In this document: in pieces, positions 24,422-38,975 of the stretch | How the letters are laid out: each line of letters opens with the position of its first letter | Numbering within the stretch: the stretch's first letter is position 1 | Assembly: GCF_024700885.2 (NCBI RefSeq) | Contig: NZ_CP117016.1 | DNA from: Escherichia coli | Lineage (GTDB): Bacteria > Pseudomonadota > Gammaproteobacteria > Enterobacterales > Enterobacteriaceae | DNA: 64,000 nucleotides | Strand: one strand, 5' to 3' | Notes under the pieces: model-generated | Databases searched by the model: none | Seen by the model: the letters and a program-made list of their open reading frames with translations, nothing else | What the model was told of the DNA's origin: nothing | Program-made: the position numbers and the translations under genes

Positions 24422-25072
24422 TCACTGAATAATAACATCGCCATTTGGCTGTTTGGTCACAGTAATTTGCTCCAGACTGTGGAGGACCAAATCGACCTCA
24501 TTCAGGCGCGGGGTATCTGCCGGAGCGTTAACCGCAATGACATGACAACCCGCCGCCAGGCCTGAAAGCACGCCAGCGGGAGCATCTTCCACCACCACAC
24601 ACTCCTGCGGCGCAAGCCCCAGCAGCTGCGCACCTAACAGATACGCATCAGGTTCTGGTTTTCCGCGCTTCACTCGCTCAGCGGTTACAAACACCTCTGG
24701 TGCGGGAAGCCCAGCTATTTTATGGCGCGCTCGCGCTACCGGCATGGAGCCAGAAGTCACAATGGCCCACGGAATACCTGCTTTATTCAAATGATTGAGT
24801 AAGGCGATTGCCCCCGGAAGCGCGGTAATACCTTCGGTTTCCGTGGCCTCGATGTGCTCCAGACGCGTAAACTCGGCGGCAATATCAGCCTCGGATTTGC
24901 CCGCCATAAAATGGCGCAGAGAGGTGATCGCCTGTTTACCGTGAATGAAAGCCAGCACCTCTTCCGGCGCTAACCCATGACGTCTGGCCCAGTTGCTCCA
25001 CGCCCGCTCTACCGCAGGCAGGGAATCCACCAGCGTTCCATCAAGATCAAACAGAAAACCTTTGCACCGCAC
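24422..25072 (-). CDS. yfbT: HAD-superfamily sugar phosphatase
   Basis: 216-aa ORF with the N-terminal DxDG HAD motif (FDLDGTLVDS); matches YfbT/HxpA. Confidence 0.92.
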   Translation of the reverse strand: MRCKGFLFDLDGTLVDSLPAVERAWSNWARRHGLAPEEVLAFIHGKQAITSLRHFMAGKSEADIAAEFTRLEHIEATETEGITALPGAIALLNHLNKAGIPWAIVTSGSMPVARARHKIAGLPAPEVFVTAERVKRGKPEPDAYLLGAQLLGLAPQECVVVEDAPAGVLSGLAAGCHVIAVNAPADTPRLNEVDLVLHSLEQITVTKQPNGDVIIQ

Positions 25073-25082
25073 GCGGACCTCC

Positions 25083-25658
<576 letters not shown>

Positions 25659-26114
25659 TTACAAATCATCAAGGAAAGTTTTATCCAGTTGTTTGAAGGC
25701 GCGCTTAAGCGTGTCAGCTAATGCCTGGTAATCAGGCTTGCCTTCAACGGGTGCCAACACCTGTCCAGACTCCTGCAATTTACCGCGAACTTCATAAAAC
25801 CAGTTAAGGATTGCAGGGGGTAATGGCGTTACAGAACGTTTGCCCAGCCACCACAATCCCTGCATGGGTAAACTTAAAGCGAACAGCGCAGTGGCAACTG
25901 CCGGCCCAAGCTGACCGCCCAGGGCAATCTGCCAGCAGAGAGTAAATACGGCGATCGGCGGCATAAAACGGATCGCATAACGCGTCATCTTGATAACGCG
26001 ATTTTCGACAAAGACCGGGGCAAGGCGTTTTTCCAGCGGCCACGTCTTTGAGTAATGCTGTCCCCGGCGAAACAAGCTAAAAAAATTAACAGAACGATTA
26101 TCCGGCGTTGACAT
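25659..26114 (-). CDS. yfbV: UPF0208 inner-membrane protein YfbV
   Basis: 151-aa ORF with two hydrophobic segments. Confidence 0.9.
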
Positions 26115-26451
26115 GCTTCACCTCAACTTCACATATAAAGATTCAAAAATTTGTGCAAATTCACAACTCAGCGGGACAACGTTCAAAACATTTTGTCTTC
26201 CATACCCACTATCAGGTATCCTTTAGCAGCCTGAAGGCCTAAGTAGTACATATTCATTGAGTCGTCAAATTCATATACATTATGCCATTGGCTGAAAATT
26301 ACGCAAAATGGCATAGACTCAAGATATTTCTTCCATCATGCAAAAAAAATTTGCAGTGCATGATGTTAATCATAAATGTCGGTGTCATCATGCGCTACGC
26401 TCTATGGCTCCCTGACGTTTTTTTAGCCACGTATCAATTATAGGTACTTCC

Positions 26452-27654
26452 ATGTCGAGTAAGTTAGTACTGGTTCTGAACTGCGGTAGTTCTTCACTGA
26501 AATTTGCCATCATCGATGCAGTAAATGGTGAAGAGTACCTTTCTGGTTTAGCCGAATGTTTCCACCTGCCCGAAGCACGTATCAAATGGAAAATGGACGG
26601 CAATAAACAGGAAGCGGCTTTAGGTGCAGGCGCCGCTCACAGCGAAGCGCTCAACTTTATCGTTAATACTATTCTGGCACAAAAACCAGAACTGTCTGCG
26701 CAGCTGACTGCTATCGGTCACCGTATCGTACACGGCGGCGAAAAGTATACCAGCTCCGTAGTGATCGATGAGTCTGTTATTCAGGGTATCAAAGATGCAG
26801 CTTCTTTTGCACCGCTGCACAACCCGGCTCACCTGATCGGTATCGAAGAAGCTCTGAAATCTTTCCCACAGCTGAAAGACAAAAACGTTGCTGTATTTGA
26901 CACCGCGTTCCACCAGACTATGCCGGAAGAGTCTTACCTCTACGCCCTGCCGTACAACCTGTACAAAGAGCACGGCATCCGTCGTTACGGCGCGCACGGC
27001 ACCAGCCACTTCTATGTAACCCAGGAAGCGGCAAAAATGCTGAACAAACCGGTAGAAGAACTGAACATCATCACCTGCCACCTGGGCAACGGTGGTTCCG
27101 TTTCTGCTATCCGCAACGGTAAATGCGTTGACACCTCTATGGGCCTGACCCCGCTGGAAGGTCTGGTCATGGGTACCCGTTCTGGTGATATCGATCCGGC
27201 GATCATCTTCCACCTGCACGACACCCTGGGCATGAGCGTTGACGCAATCAACAAACTGCTGACCAAAGAGTCTGGCCTGCTGGGTCTGACCGAAGTGACC
27301 AGCGACTGCCGCTATGTTGAAGACAACTACGCGACGAAAGAAGACGCGAAGCGCGCAATGGACGTTTACTGCCACCGCCTGGCGAAATACATCGGTGCCT
27401 ACACTGCGCTGATGGATGGTCGTCTGGACGCTGTTGTATTCACCGGTGGTATCGGTGAAAATGCCGCGATGGTTCGTGAACTGTCTCTGGGCAAACTGGG
27501 CGTGCTGGGCTTTGAAGTTGATCATGAACGCAACCTGGCTGCACGTTTCGGCAAATCTGGTTTCATCAACAAAGAAGGTACCCGTCCTGCGGTGGTTATC
27601 CCAACCAACGAAGAACTGGTTATCGCGCAAGACGCGAGCCGCCTGACTGCCTGA
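26452..27654 (+). CDS. ackA: Acetate kinase
   Basis: 400-aa ORF; matches AckA; followed by pta. Confidence 0.96.
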   Translation: MSSKLVLVLNCGSSSLKFAIIDAVNGEEYLSGLAECFHLPEARIKWKMDGNKQEAALGAGAAHSEALNFIVNTILAQKPELSAQLTAIGHRIVHGGEKYTSSVVIDESVIQGIKDAASFAPLHNPAHLIGIEEALKSFPQLKDKNVAVFDTAFHQTMPEESYLYALPYNLYKEHGIRRYGAHGTSHFYVTQEAAKMLNKPVEELNIITCHLGNGGSVSAIRNGKCVDTSMGLTPLEGLVMGTRSGDIDPAIIFHLHDTLGMSVDAINKLLTKESGLLGLTEVTSDCRYVEDNYATKEDAKRAMDVYCHRLAKYIGAYTALMDGRLDAVVFTGGIGENAAMVRELSLGKLGVLGFEVDHERNLAARFGKSGFINKEGTRPAVVIPTNEELVIAQDASRLTA

Positions 27655-27728
27655 TTTCACACCGCCAGCTCAGCTGGCGGTGCTGTTTTGTAACCCGCCA
27701 AATCGGCGGTAACGAAAGAGGATAAACC

Positions 27729-29873
27729 GTGTCCCGTATTATTATGCTGATCCCTACCGGAACCAGCGTCGGTCTGACCAGCGTCAGCCTTGGCGTGATC
27801 CGTGCAATGGAACGCAAAGGCGTTCGTCTGAGCGTTTTCAAACCTATCGCTCAGCCGCGTACCGGTGGCGATGCGCCCGATCAGACTACGACTATCGTGC
27901 GTGCGAACTCTTCCACCACGACGGCCGCTGAACCGCTGAAAATGAGCTACGTTGAAGGTCTGCTTTCCAGCAATCAGAAAGATGTGCTGATGGAAGAGAT
28001 CGTCGCAAACTACCACGCTAACACCAAAGACGCTGAAGTCGTTCTGGTTGAAGGTCTGGTCCCGACACGTAAGCACCAGTTTGCCCAGTCTCTGAACTAC
28101 GAAATCGCTAAAACGCTGAATGCGGAAATCGTCTTCGTTATGTCTCAGGGCACTGACACCCCGGAACAGCTGAAAGAGCGTATCGAACTGACCCGCAACA
28201 GCTTCGGCGGTGCCAAAAACACCAACATCACCGGCGTTATCGTTAACAAACTGAACGCACCGGTTGATGAACAGGGTCGTACTCGCCCGGATCTGTCCGA
28301 GATTTTCGACGACTCTTCCAAAGCTAAAGTAAACAATGTTGATCCGGCGAAGCTGCAAGAATCCAGCCCGCTGCCGGTTCTCGGCGCGGTGCCGTGGAGC
28401 TTTGACCTGATCGCGACTCGTGCGATCGATATGGCTCGCCACCTGAATGCGACCATCATCAACGAAGGCGACATCAATACTCGCCGCGTTAAATCCGTCA
28501 CTTTCTGCGCACGCAGCATTCCACACATGCTGGAGCACTTCCGTGCCGGTTCTCTGCTGGTGACTTCCGCAGACCGTCCTGACGTGCTGGTTGCCGCTTG
28601 CCTGGCTGCCATGAACGGCGTAGAAATCGGTGCCCTGCTGCTGACTGGCGGCTACGAAATGGACGCGCGCATTTCTAAACTGTGCGAACGTGCTTTCGCT
28701 ACCGGCCTGCCGGTATTTATGGTGAACACCAACACCTGGCAGACTTCTCTGAGCCTGCAGAGCTTCAACCTGGAAGTTCCGGTTGACGATCACGAGCGTA
28801 TCGAGAAAGTTCAGGAATACGTTGCTAACTACATCAACGCTGACTGGATCGATTCTCTGACTGCCACTTCTGAGCGCAGCCGTCGTCTGTCTCCGCCAGC
28901 GTTCCGTTATCAGCTGACTGAACTTGCGCGCAAAGCGGGCAAACGTATCGTTCTGCCGGAAGGTGACGAACCGCGTACCGTTAAAGCAGCCGCTATCTGT
29001 GCTGAACGTGGTATCGCAACTTGCGTACTGCTGGGTAATCCGGCAGAGATCAACCGTGTTGCAGCGTCTCAGGGTGTAGAACTGGGTGCAGGCATTGAAA
29101 TCGTTGATCCAGAAGTGGTTCGCGAAAGCTATGTTGGTCGTCTGGTCGAGCTGCGTAAGAACAAAGGCATGACCGAAACCGTTGCCCGAGAACAGCTGGA
29201 AGACAACGTGGTTCTCGGTACGCTAATGCTGGAACAGGATGAAGTTGATGGTCTGGTTTCCGGTGCTGTTCACACTACCGCAAACACCATCCGTCCGCCG
29301 CTGCAGCTGATCAAAACGGCTCCGGGCAGCTCCCTGGTATCTTCCGTGTTCTTCATGCTGCTGCCGGAACAGGTTTACGTTTACGGTGACTGTGCGATCA
29401 ACCCGGATCCGACCGCAGAACAGCTGGCAGAAATCGCGATTCAATCCGCTGATTCCGCTGCGGCCTTCGGTATCGAACCGCGCGTTGCTATGCTCTCCTA
29501 CTCCACCGGGACTTCTGGTGCTGGTAGCGACGTAGAAAAAGTTCGCGAAGCAACTCGTCTGGCGCAGGAAAAACGTCCTGACCTGATGATCGACGGTCCG
29601 CTGCAGTACGACGCTGCGGTAATGGCTGACGTTGCGAAATCCAAAGCGCCGAACTCTCCGGTTGCTGGTCGCGCTACCGTGTTCATCTTCCCGGATCTGA
29701 ACACCGGTAACACCACCTACAAAGCGGTACAGCGTTCTGCCGACCTGATCTCCATCGGGCCGATGCTGCAAGGTATGCGCAAACCGGTTAACGACCTGTC
29801 CCGTGGCGCACTGGTTGACGATATCGTCTACACCATCGCGCTGACTGCGATTCAGTCTGCACAGCAGCAGTAA
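27729..29873 (+). CDS. pta: Phosphate acetyltransferase
   Basis: 714-aa ORF; GTG start preceded by SD agagga; matches Pta. Confidence 0.96.
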   Translation: MSRIIMLIPTGTSVGLTSVSLGVIRAMERKGVRLSVFKPIAQPRTGGDAPDQTTTIVRANSSTTTAAEPLKMSYVEGLLSSNQKDVLMEEIVANYHANTKDAEVVLVEGLVPTRKHQFAQSLNYEIAKTLNAEIVFVMSQGTDTPEQLKERIELTRNSFGGAKNTNITGVIVNKLNAPVDEQGRTRPDLSEIFDDSSKAKVNNVDPAKLQESSPLPVLGAVPWSFDLIATRAIDMARHLNATIINEGDINTRRVKSVTFCARSIPHMLEHFRAGSLLVTSADRPDVLVAACLAAMNGVEIGALLLTGGYEMDARISKLCERAFATGLPVFMVNTNTWQTSLSLQSFNLEVPVDDHERIEKVQEYVANYINADWIDSLTATSERSRRLSPPAFRYQLTELARKAGKRIVLPEGDEPRTVKAAAICAERGIATCVLLGNPAEINRVAASQGVELGAGIEIVDPEVVRESYVGRLVELRKNKGMTETVAREQLEDNVVLGTLMLEQDEVDGLVSGAVHTTANTIRPPLQLIKTAPGSSLVSSVFFMLLPEQVYVYGDCAINPDPTAEQLAEIAIQSADSAAAFGIEPRVAMLSYSTGTSGAGSDVEKVREATRLAQEKRPDLMIDGPLQYDAAVMADVAKSKAPNSPVAGRATVFIFPDLNTGNTTYKAVQRSADLISIGPMLQGMRKPVNDLSRGALVDDIVYTIALTAIQSAQQQ

Positions 29874-29913
29874 TCTCGTCATCATCCGCAGCTTTGCGCT
29901 GCGGATATCTGAA

Positions 29914-29945
29914 CCGGAAATAGTGACTATTTCCGGTTTTTTATT
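29914..29945 (+). terminator. Rho-independent terminator of ackA-pta (second of two hairpins)
   Basis: ccggaaatagtgactatttccgg followed by tttttt; an upstream hairpin atccgcagc...gctgcggat lies at 29883..29905. Confidence 0.65.
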
Positions 29946-30062
29946 CTCTTAATTTGCATTAATCCTTTCTGATTATCTTGCTTAACTGCGCTGCATCAAT
30001 GAATTACGCCATCTCAATTTGCATACTTACCACTTTGTTTTGTGCAAGGGAATATTTGCGCT

Positions 30063-31583
30063 ATGTCCGCAATCACTGAATCTAAACCAACAAGAAGATG
30101 GGCAATGCCCGATACGTTGGTGATTATCTTTTTTGTTGCTATTTTAACCAGCCTTGCCACCTGGGTAGTTCCGGTGGGGATGTTTGACAGTCAGGAAGTG
30201 CAGTATCAGGTTGATGGTCAAACAAAAACACGCAAAGTCGTAGATCCACACTCATTTCGCATTCTGACTAACGAAGCAGGCGAACCTGAGTATCACCGCG
30301 TACAGCTGTTCACGACGGGCGATGAACGCCCGGGCCTGATGAACTTCCCGTTTGAAGGGTTAACCTCAGGATCGAAATACGGGACAGCCGTTGGCATCAT
30401 CATGTTTATGCTGGTGATTGGCGGCGCGTTTGGCATTGTGATGCGTACAGGAACCATTGATAACGGTATCCTGGCGCTTATTCGCCATACCCGCGGGAAT
30501 GAAATTCTCTTTATTCCTGCGCTCTTTATTCTGTTTTCACTTGGCGGCGCGGTATTTGGTATGGGAGAAGAGGCCGTCGCCTTTGCCATTATCATCGCAC
30601 CGCTAATGGTCCGGCTGGGCTATGATAGTATTACCACCGTCCTGGTGACCTATATCGCCACGCAAATCGGTTTTGCCAGTTCGTGGATGAACCCGTTTTG
30701 TGTGGTCGTTGCTCAGGGGATTGCCGGCGTTCCGGTGCTTTCTGGCTCCGGGTTGCGCATCGTGGTGTGGGTTATCGCCACTCTGATTGGCCTGATCTTT
30801 ACCATGGTGTACGCCTCACGAGTGAAAAAGAATCCTCTTCTGTCACGCGTGCATGAGTCCGACCGCTTCTTTCGTGAAAAGCAGGCTGATGTTGAACAAC
30901 GTCCGTTTACCTTTGGTGACTGGCTGGTATTGATTGTCCTGACCGCCGTAATGGTCTGGGTGATTTGGGGCGTGATCGTTAATGCCTGGTTTATTCCTGA
31001 AATTGCCAGCCAGTTCTTCACCATGGGTCTGGTGATTGGCATCATCGGTGTTGTTTTCCGCCTTAACGGCATGACGGTTAATACCATGGCTTCATCCTTT
31101 ACCGAAGGGGCGCGAATGATGATCGCCCCTGCCCTGCTGGTGGGTTTCGCCAAAGGGATTTTGCTGCTGGTCGGTAATGGTGAAGCGGGTGATGCCAGCG
31201 TGTTAAATACCATCCTCAACAGCATTGCCAATGCCATTAGCGGTCTGGATAACGCGGTCGCGGCCTGGTTTATGTTGCTCTTCCAGGCGGTATTTAATTT
31301 CTTCGTGACGTCTGGTTCTGGTCAGGCGGCGTTAACCATGCCGTTACTGGCACCGCTTGGCGATCTGGTCGGTGTTAACCGTCAGGTTACCGTGCTGGCG
31401 TTCCAGTTTGGTGATGGCTTCAGCCACATCATTTACCCGACCTCAGCTTCGTTAATGGCAACGCTCGGTGTTTGCCGGGTGGACTTCCGTAACTGGCTGA
31501 AGGTGGGCGCGACACTGCTTGGACTGCTGTTTATTATGTCCAGCGTCGTGGTGATCGGCGCTCAGTTGATGGGCTACCACTAA
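30063..31583 (+). CDS. yfcC: Putative C4-dicarboxylate-anaerobic-carrier-like inner-membrane transporter
   Basis: ORF 30042..31583; start set at the ATG at 30063 (MSAITESK...); polytopic membrane protein. Confidence 0.9.
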   Translation: MSAITESKPTRRWAMPDTLVIIFFVAILTSLATWVVPVGMFDSQEVQYQVDGQTKTRKVVDPHSFRILTNEAGEPEYHRVQLFTTGDERPGLMNFPFEGLTSGSKYGTAVGIIMFMLVIGGAFGIVMRTGTIDNGILALIRHTRGNEILFIPALFILFSLGGAVFGMGEEAVAFAIIIAPLMVRLGYDSITTVLVTYIATQIGFASSWMNPFCVVVAQGIAGVPVLSGSGLRIVVWVIATLIGLIFTMVYASRVKKNPLLSRVHESDRFFREKQADVEQRPFTFGDWLVLIVLTAVMVWVIWGVIVNAWFIPEIASQFFTMGLVIGIIGVVFRLNGMTVNTMASSFTEGARMMIAPALLVGFAKGILLLVGNGEAGDASVLNTILNSIANAISGLDNAVAAWFMLLFQAVFNFFVTSGSGQAALTMPLLAPLGDLVGVNRQVTVLAFQFGDGFSHIIYPTSASLMATLGVCRVDFRNWLKVGATLLGLLFIMSSVVVIGAQLMGYH

Positions 31584-31591
31584 AAATGTTA

Positions 31592-31617
31592 AGAGCCGCA
31601 ATTGCGGCTCTTTTTTC
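31592..31617. terminator. Bidirectional terminator between yfcC and yfcD
   Basis: Hairpin gagccgcaattgcggctc followed by tttttt. Confidence 0.6.
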
Positions 31618-32158
31618 ATTCTGCCGTTTCAGTCTCTACGGCTTCATTTTTGGCATTGCGCTTCATCCACAACGCCAGCGCTTTCAGCGAGTCTGGAGTG
31701 AACTCATCGCAGCGTGCGGTGATTTCTTCCGGCGTCAGCCAGCAAACTTCACTGACTTCATCTTCCTGTAGAGCGAAGGGACCGTGAGAGACGCAACTGA
31801 ACAACGCGCCCCAGACTCGGCAATTTTTATCTTCGAAATAGAACTGCCCGTGCTCGGCAAAGGGGACACCGGCAATGCCCAACTCTTCTTCCGCTTCGCG
31901 ACGCGCGGATTCCAGCAGTTGCTCATCGGCCTGGACTACACCGCCTGCGGTCGCATCTAACATGCCGGGTAAAAAGTCTTTTGTCTCGGTACGACGCTGG
32001 ACCAGAATTTTGCCCATGCCATCATGCACGACGATGTAAGTTGCACGATGACGCAGACACTGTGCCCGCATTTGTTCCCGGCTGGCTTGTGCAATGACTT
32101 CGTTCTCTTCATTGACAATATCCACCCATTCAGTACTTGCCAAACGACGCTGTTCCAT
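31616..32158 (-). CDS. yfcD: NUDIX hydrolase
   Basis: 180-aa ORF with Nudix box (REAEEELGI). Confidence 0.92.
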
Positions 32159-32215
32159 TATCAGGAAACCTTCTTTTTCTGGCGCTCTTACGGCGCATTT
32201 TGAGTTGTGGGTAAA

Positions 32216-32770
32216 TTACGGATTAATCGCGACCTGCGCAATGATACTTTGATCATTGAGTGCGATTACACTAAGTACGTCATTATCCAGCATGCCATAA
32301 CTCGCCGGATGACCGCCTTTCGGAATACTCACCGAGCCGGGGTTAAAGTGGAAAATCTCCCCCCGCTGTTCTGCCACTGGCAAATGAGTATGACCGTACA
32401 CCAGCACATCGTTCTGGTTTAAAGCAGGTAGATTTTCCGGGCCAAAAAGATGACCATGCGTCAAAAACAGACGTTGTTTTTCCAGTAATACCTGTTGCCA
32501 CGGCGCGGTTATCGGGAAATGCAGCAGCATTTGATCCACTTCGCTGTCGCAGTTGCCGCGCACAGCGATAACCTTATGTGCCACTTCATTAAGCCGTTCA
32601 GCGACTTTGGCTGGCGCGTAACCCTCCGGTAAAGCATTACGCGGGCCGTGATTCAACACGTCGCCAAGGATCACCAGCCACTGGGCACCGCTTTGGACAA
32701 ACAACTCCAGAACACGTTCCGTCGCCGGTAACGACCCATGAATGTCCGATGCAAACATCAGTTTCATCAC
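32216..32770 (-). CDS. yfcE: Metallophosphoesterase (Mn-dependent phosphodiesterase)
   Basis: 184-aa ORF; DIHG ... GDVLNHG ... GHTH calcineurin-like motifs. Confidence 0.92.
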   Translation of the reverse strand: MMKLMFASDIHGSLPATERVLELFVQSGAQWLVILGDVLNHGPRNALPEGYAPAKVAERLNEVAHKVIAVRGNCDSEVDQMLLHFPITAPWQQVLLEKQRLFLTHGHLFGPENLPALNQNDVLVYGHTHLPVAEQRGEIFHFNPGSVSIPKGGHPASYGMLDNDVLSVIALNDQSIIAQVAINP

Positions 32771-32773
32771 TCA

Positions 32774-34250
<1,477 letters not shown>

Positions 34251-34306
34251 CAGAAACAGGTTCTCGTGTATTATTTCATCCTAAGTAAAACAACGGAGAA
34301 CCTGCA

Positions 34307-34669
34307 ATGGCACAACCTGCCGCTATTATTCGTATAAAGAACCTTCGTTTACGTACGTTTATCGGAATTAAGGAAGAAGAAATTAACAACCGTCAGGATA
34401 TTGTTATCAATGTGACTATCCACTATCCCGCCGATAAAGCGCGCACCAGCGAAGATATCAACGATGCGCTGAATTATCGCACCGTAACGAAAAACATTAT
34501 TCAGCATGTAGAGAATAACCGTTTCTCTTTGCTGGAAAAATTAACTCAGGATGTGCTCGATATCGCACGTGAACATCACTGGGTGACGTATGCTGAAGTG
34601 GAGATCGATAAACTGCACGCGCTGCGCTACGCCGATTCGGTATCCATGACCTTAAGCTGGCAGCGTTAA
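34307..34669 (+). CDS. folX: Dihydroneopterin triphosphate 2'-epimerase
   Basis: 120-aa ORF; matches FolX. Confidence 0.93.
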
Positions 34670-34689
34670 CCGCCATATCGGGAGGCTGC

Positions 34690-35583
34690 ATGAACATAGT
34701 GATCACCGGAGGGACGGGATTAATTGGTCGCCATTTGATTCCACGTTTGCTGGAGCTGGGCCATCAAATCACGGTAATGACGCGTAACCCGCAGAAAGCC
34801 AGTTCTGTTCTCGGCCCTCGGGTGACACTATGGCAAGGGCTTGCCGATCAAAGCAACCTCAACGGCGTTGATGCGGTAATCAACCTGGCCGGAGAACCGA
34901 TTGCTGATAAACGCTGGACTCACGAGCAAAAAGAGCGTCTCTGCCAAAGCCGCTGGAATATCACGCAAAAACTGGTCGATTTGATTAATGCCAGCGACAC
35001 GCCACCGTCGGTACTCATTTCCGGCTCGGCAACGGGCTTTTATGGCGACTTAGGTGAAGTGGTGGTTACCGAAGAGGAACCGCCGTATAACGAATTTACC
35101 CATAAACTCTGCGCCCGCTGGGAAGAAATTGCCTGTCGGGCACAAAGTGACAAAACGCGAGTGTGCCTGCTGCGTACCGGCGTAGTGCTGGCACCGGATG
35201 GCGGTATTCTCGGTAAAATGCTGCCGCCGTTTCGTCTTGGCTTGGGCGGGCCGATTGGTTCCGGTCGGCAGTATCTGGCCTGGATTCATATTGATGATAT
35301 GGTCAACGGCATTCTCTGGCTGCTGGATAACGAGCTGCGCGGGCCATTTAATATGGTTTCGCCCTACCCGGTACGCAATGAACAATTTGCCCATGCGCTC
35401 GGTCATGCGCTGCATCGCCCGGCCATTTTGCGCGTCCCTGTGACCGCCATTCGACTGTTAATGGGCGAATCTTCAGTACTAGTATTAGGTGGACAACGAG
35501 CATTGCCTAAACGGCTGGAAGAAGCGGGTTTTGCGTTTCGCTGGTACGATTTAGAAGAGGCGCTGGCGGATGTTGTTCGCTGA
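34690..35583 (+). CDS. yfcH: NAD-dependent epimerase/dehydratase-family protein
   Basis: 297-aa ORF with N-terminal GGTGxIG Rossmann motif. Confidence 0.92.
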   Translation: MNIVITGGTGLIGRHLIPRLLELGHQITVMTRNPQKASSVLGPRVTLWQGLADQSNLNGVDAVINLAGEPIADKRWTHEQKERLCQSRWNITQKLVDLINASDTPPSVLISGSATGFYGDLGEVVVTEEEPPYNEFTHKLCARWEEIACRAQSDKTRVCLLRTGVVLAPDGGILGKMLPPFRLGLGGPIGSGRQYLAWIHIDDMVNGILWLLDNELRGPFNMVSPYPVRNEQFAHALGHALHRPAILRVPVTAIRLLMGESSVLVLGGQRALPKRLEEAGFAFRWYDLEEALADVVR

Positions 35584-35630
35584 TGTGGTTTACTGCAAAC
35601 ATCCGCCAGTTAACTCCTGGTGTTACAGAA

Positions 35631-36533
35631 TTAGTGGCTTTGCGCGATAAGATCGTCTGGTGAAAGTCGGGTCACCATCATAACTAACTCTCTGTCTAAA
35701 CCTCTCTCCAGCATCTCCTGAGCAATACGCAGGGCTTCTTCGCGTTTGCCCAGAATTAATCCATCATTCCGGCCTTCTTCACGTAATCTGTCAGCAATAG
35801 TCATCAGTTTCTCCTTTTCTTGTGGTGCGCGTTCCGCTATCTCACCAATAAATGCACGGAAACGCTGGGCATCCCCCGTTTGTAATACGTAATTAAACAG
35901 GGCTTTTAGCTGTCTGTCATTAGTGTTCCCTGTAACTAGCAGCGAAACAATTTGGTCGACTAATCCCAACAGATCGCGCTGACGAATATGTTTCTGAATT
36001 AACTCCAACAGCGCCATTTTGCGATGTTGCATAATCTCGTCATCTGGCACCACGGTAATATCCACCAGCGGAAAAGCCGATGAATAAATTTTGCGGGCAA
36101 TCGCAGGCTCGGCAAATTCATCAAGCCAGCAGAGTGAATATGGATAAGGGCTTCTGCAACCATGATAAAACAGCATCGGGATCACTAATGGAAGCTCTTT
36201 ATAGCCCGCATCAAGATGGTTTTGCATCGCCGCAATGGAATAGCGCATCATGCGAAAAGCCATTAATTCCTCTGGCTTACTTTGGTGCTCTATCACCACA
36301 TAAATATAACCCGCTCCCTCCTGCGTTTTCACAGACCACAAGAGGTCGGAATAATATTGCCGCAGGTCTTCATCAATAAAACTGTTTGGTTCCAGTTTAA
36401 GCGTTGTTAAATCACACAGTTTGCGCAGCGGCGCGGGAAGATGAATATCAATAAAATCCCGCGCGGTGTCTGGATGGCGTAAAAAAGATTTAAATACCGC
36501 GTCATGCGGCGTGGAAGTTGTCGATATTGTCAT
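35631..36533 (-). CDS. rpnB: Recombination-promoting nuclease RpnB (transposase_31 / PD-(D/E)XK family)
   Basis: 300-aa ORF; matches E. coli YfcI/RpnB from memory. Confidence 0.88.
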   Translation of the reverse strand: MTISTTSTPHDAVFKSFLRHPDTARDFIDIHLPAPLRKLCDLTTLKLEPNSFIDEDLRQYYSDLLWSVKTQEGAGYIYVVIEHQSKPEELMAFRMMRYSIAAMQNHLDAGYKELPLVIPMLFYHGCRSPYPYSLCWLDEFAEPAIARKIYSSAFPLVDITVVPDDEIMQHRKMALLELIQKHIRQRDLLGLVDQIVSLLVTGNTNDRQLKALFNYVLQTGDAQRFRAFIGEIAERAPQEKEKLMTIADRLREEGRNDGLILGKREEALRIAQEMLERGLDRELVMMVTRLSPDDLIAQSH

Positions 36534-36729
36534 GGCGTTCCGTCACCCCTCAAATTTAAGATAACGCGACAATAACCACGATTAACCCCCAATGCAGCAG
36601 GCAGTTTTTATCTTTGGACAGCGAATTCAGAACTATTTTTAGCGGACTGCAACTTTTACATTTCAGCGGAAGCTGACTCGCAAATTCCCCTTGAAAATAC
36701 TCCGGCAGCGTTAGCCACCGGAGGGGGAA

Positions 36730-37503
36730 TTATTTCAGCGATCCCTTAAGGAACTGTTGCAGACGAGGACTTTGCGGGTTACCGAATAACTGTTCTGGCG
36801 CGCCCTCTTCTTCTATTTTCCCCTGATGGAGGAAAATGACGTGAGTAGAAACATGGCGAGCAAAGCCCATTTCGTGAGTCACTACCACCATGGTTTTCCC
36901 CTCTTCTGCCAGTTGCTGCATAATGCGCAGCACTTCGCCTACCAGTTCAGGATCGAGCGCCGAGGTAGGTTCATCAAACAGTAAAACTTCCGGTTCCATC
37001 GCCAGCGCCCTTGCGATGGAAACACGCTGTTGCTGACCGCCGGAAAGATGCACCGGATATTTCCCCTGCGCACGTTCGTCTATCCCGACTTTCGCCAGAT
37101 ACTTCACCGCCCGCTCGCGCGCTTCCTGCTTGCTCAGGCCCAACACCTGAATCGGCGCTTCCATGACATTTTCCAGCACCGTCATATGGCTCCAGAGATT
37201 GAAGTGCTGGAATACCATCGTCAGGCGTGTGCGCAGTAAGCGCAGCTGATTTTTATCGGCGACTTTGAGTTGACCATCTTTGTCGCGCACCAGATTGATC
37301 GTCTGGCCATTGACCACGATCGATCCTTCGCTCGGTTTTTCGAGGAAGTTAATGCAGCGCAGAAAGGTACTTTTCCCCGATCCCGACGATCCGATGATGC
37401 TTATGACATCTCCGGCATTCGCTTGCAGTGAGACCCCTTTCAGCACTTCGTGTTCGCCATAGCGTTTGTGCAAATCGATAACGTTTAATTTATTCTCGGA
37501 CAT
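36730..37503 (-). CDS. hisP: Histidine/lysine/arginine/ornithine ABC transporter, ATP-binding subunit
   Basis: 257-aa ORF; Walker [13 protein letters not shown] signature LSGGQQQR. Confidence 0.96.
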   Translation of the reverse strand: MSENKLNVIDLHKRYGEHEVLKGVSLQANAGDVISIIGSSGSGKSTFLRCINFLEKPSEGSIVVNGQTINLVRDKDGQLKVADKNQLRLLRTRLTMVFQHFNLWSHMTVLENVMEAPIQVLGLSKQEARERAVKYLAKVGIDERAQGKYPVHLSGGQQQRVSIARALAMEPEVLLFDEPTSALDPELVGEVLRIMQQLAEEGKTMVVVTHEMGFARHVSTHVIFLHQGKIEEEGAPEQLFGNPQSPRLQQFLKGSLK

Positions 37504-37510
37504 CGTATTC

Positions 37511-38227
37511 TCAGTGCGTTGAAGAAGGTTTCACATGCTGCAACCAGCGTTTTTCCGCTCTGCGAAAGAGGCTGATCAGGACATAAGAGATGATTAAATA
37601 GAGCACCGCGGCAATGCCGAAGGCGGTAAAAGGTTGATACGTGGCGGCGTTAATATCGCGGGCTATTTTCAGCAGATCCGGCACTGTAGCGGTGAAAGCC
37701 AGCGCAGTAGAGTGCAGCATCAGGATCACTTCGTTGCTGTAGGCCGGTAACGCAATACGCAGCGCCGATGGCAAAATAATGCAGCGATACATTTTAAAGG
37801 TCGAGAAGCCATAGGCTCTGGCGGCTTCAATTTCCCCATGCGGCACTGAACGGATTGCCCCGGCAAAAATCTCGGTAGTGTAAGCGCAGGTGTTGAGCGT
37901 CAGCGCCAGCACGGTACAGTTCAGGCCACTGCGAAAAAAGGCGTTAAGGAACTCGGTTCCCTTAACAATTTCCAGCGTGTACATGCCGGAATAGAACACC
38001 AGCAACTGAACATACAGCGGCGTACCGCGAAAAATATAGGTAAATAACCAGATTGGAAACTGGATGTATTTATTACTTGAGACGCGACCAATCGCCAGAA
38101 ACAGCGCCAGGACTCCGCCTATCACTACCGACAAAATCAGCAGCCACAGGGTGATCGCCACGCCAGTAAAGCGATAACCGTCAGTCCACAGCAGCGGTTT
38201 CCAGTATTCATGTAAGATTTCGATCAC
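37511..38227 (-). CDS. hisM: Histidine ABC transporter permease
   Basis: 238-aa membrane ORF. Confidence 0.95.
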   Translation of the reverse strand: MIEILHEYWKPLLWTDGYRFTGVAITLWLLILSVVIGGVLALFLAIGRVSSNKYIQFPIWLFTYIFRGTPLYVQLLVFYSGMYTLEIVKGTEFLNAFFRSGLNCTVLALTLNTCAYTTEIFAGAIRSVPHGEIEAARAYGFSTFKMYRCIILPSALRIALPAYSNEVILMLHSTALAFTATVPDLLKIARDINAATYQPFTAFGIAAVLYLIISYVLISLFRRAEKRWLQHVKPSSTH

Positions 38228-38910
38228 AGGTCAGCCCTCTTCACACCCACGGAGTAGCGGCGCTCAAGGAACAGCAGCACACCATTGGAAACGGTGGTGA
38301 AAACCAGGTAAATCACGCCACAAACGATGGCGAAATAGAACGGTTCCCAGGTACTTTTGCCTGCCAGCTGCGTGGCTTTGACCACATCTTCCAGGCCAAG
38401 TAACGAAACCAGTGCGGTAGATTTAAGGATCACCTGCCAGTTGTTGCCAATGCCTGGCAGGGCGTAACGCATCATCGCCGGAAACATGATCCGCCGAAAC
38501 ACTTGCCCACGAGTAAAACCGAACGCCGTCGCCGCTTCTATATGTCCTTTCGGCACAGCCATAAACGCGCCACGGAACGTTTCGGTAAAGTAAGCACCGT
38601 AGATAAAACCAAGAGTGATAATACCTGCGACCATCGGATCAATATCAATCTGCCCGACGCCCATCGCCTCCGTCACCGTGTTTAGTGCAATCTGCAAACC
38701 GTAGAAAATCAGCAGCATCAACACCAAGTCCGGCACGCCACGAATCAGCGTGGTGTAGCCTTCGAAAATAAGGCCCGAAAGCCGATTTTGCGAGAGCTTA
38801 CCGCCAGCGCCAATTAAACCGATGATTACGGCGAGCACTACAGAGCTGATAGCCAGCTCCAGCGTGACGAGCGCACCCTGTAAAATAACACCTGAAAACC
38901 CATACAACAT
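38224..38910 (-). CDS. hisQ: Histidine ABC transporter permease
   Basis: 228-aa membrane ORF; 4-bp overlap with hisM. Confidence 0.95.
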   Translation of the reverse strand: MLYGFSGVILQGALVTLELAISSVVLAVIIGLIGAGGKLSQNRLSGLIFEGYTTLIRGVPDLVLMLLIFYGLQIALNTVTEAMGVGQIDIDPMVAGIITLGFIYGAYFTETFRGAFMAVPKGHIEAATAFGFTRGQVFRRIMFPAMMRYALPGIGNNWQVILKSTALVSLLGLEDVVKATQLAGKSTWEPFYFAIVCGVIYLVFTTVSNGVLLFLERRYSVGVKRADL

Positions 38911-38951
38911 GCAGCCTGTCCTGTCGTGTGTGGTGAATTACCGCCTCTTGT

Positions 38952-38975
38952 CTCCCTCCGGTTACCCGAAGGGAG
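38952..38975 (-). promoter_or_regulatory. Intercistronic stem-loop between hisJ and hisQ
   Basis: ctccctccgg-ttac-ccgaagggag, 10-bp stem with one G-U-type mismatch. Confidence 0.45.
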
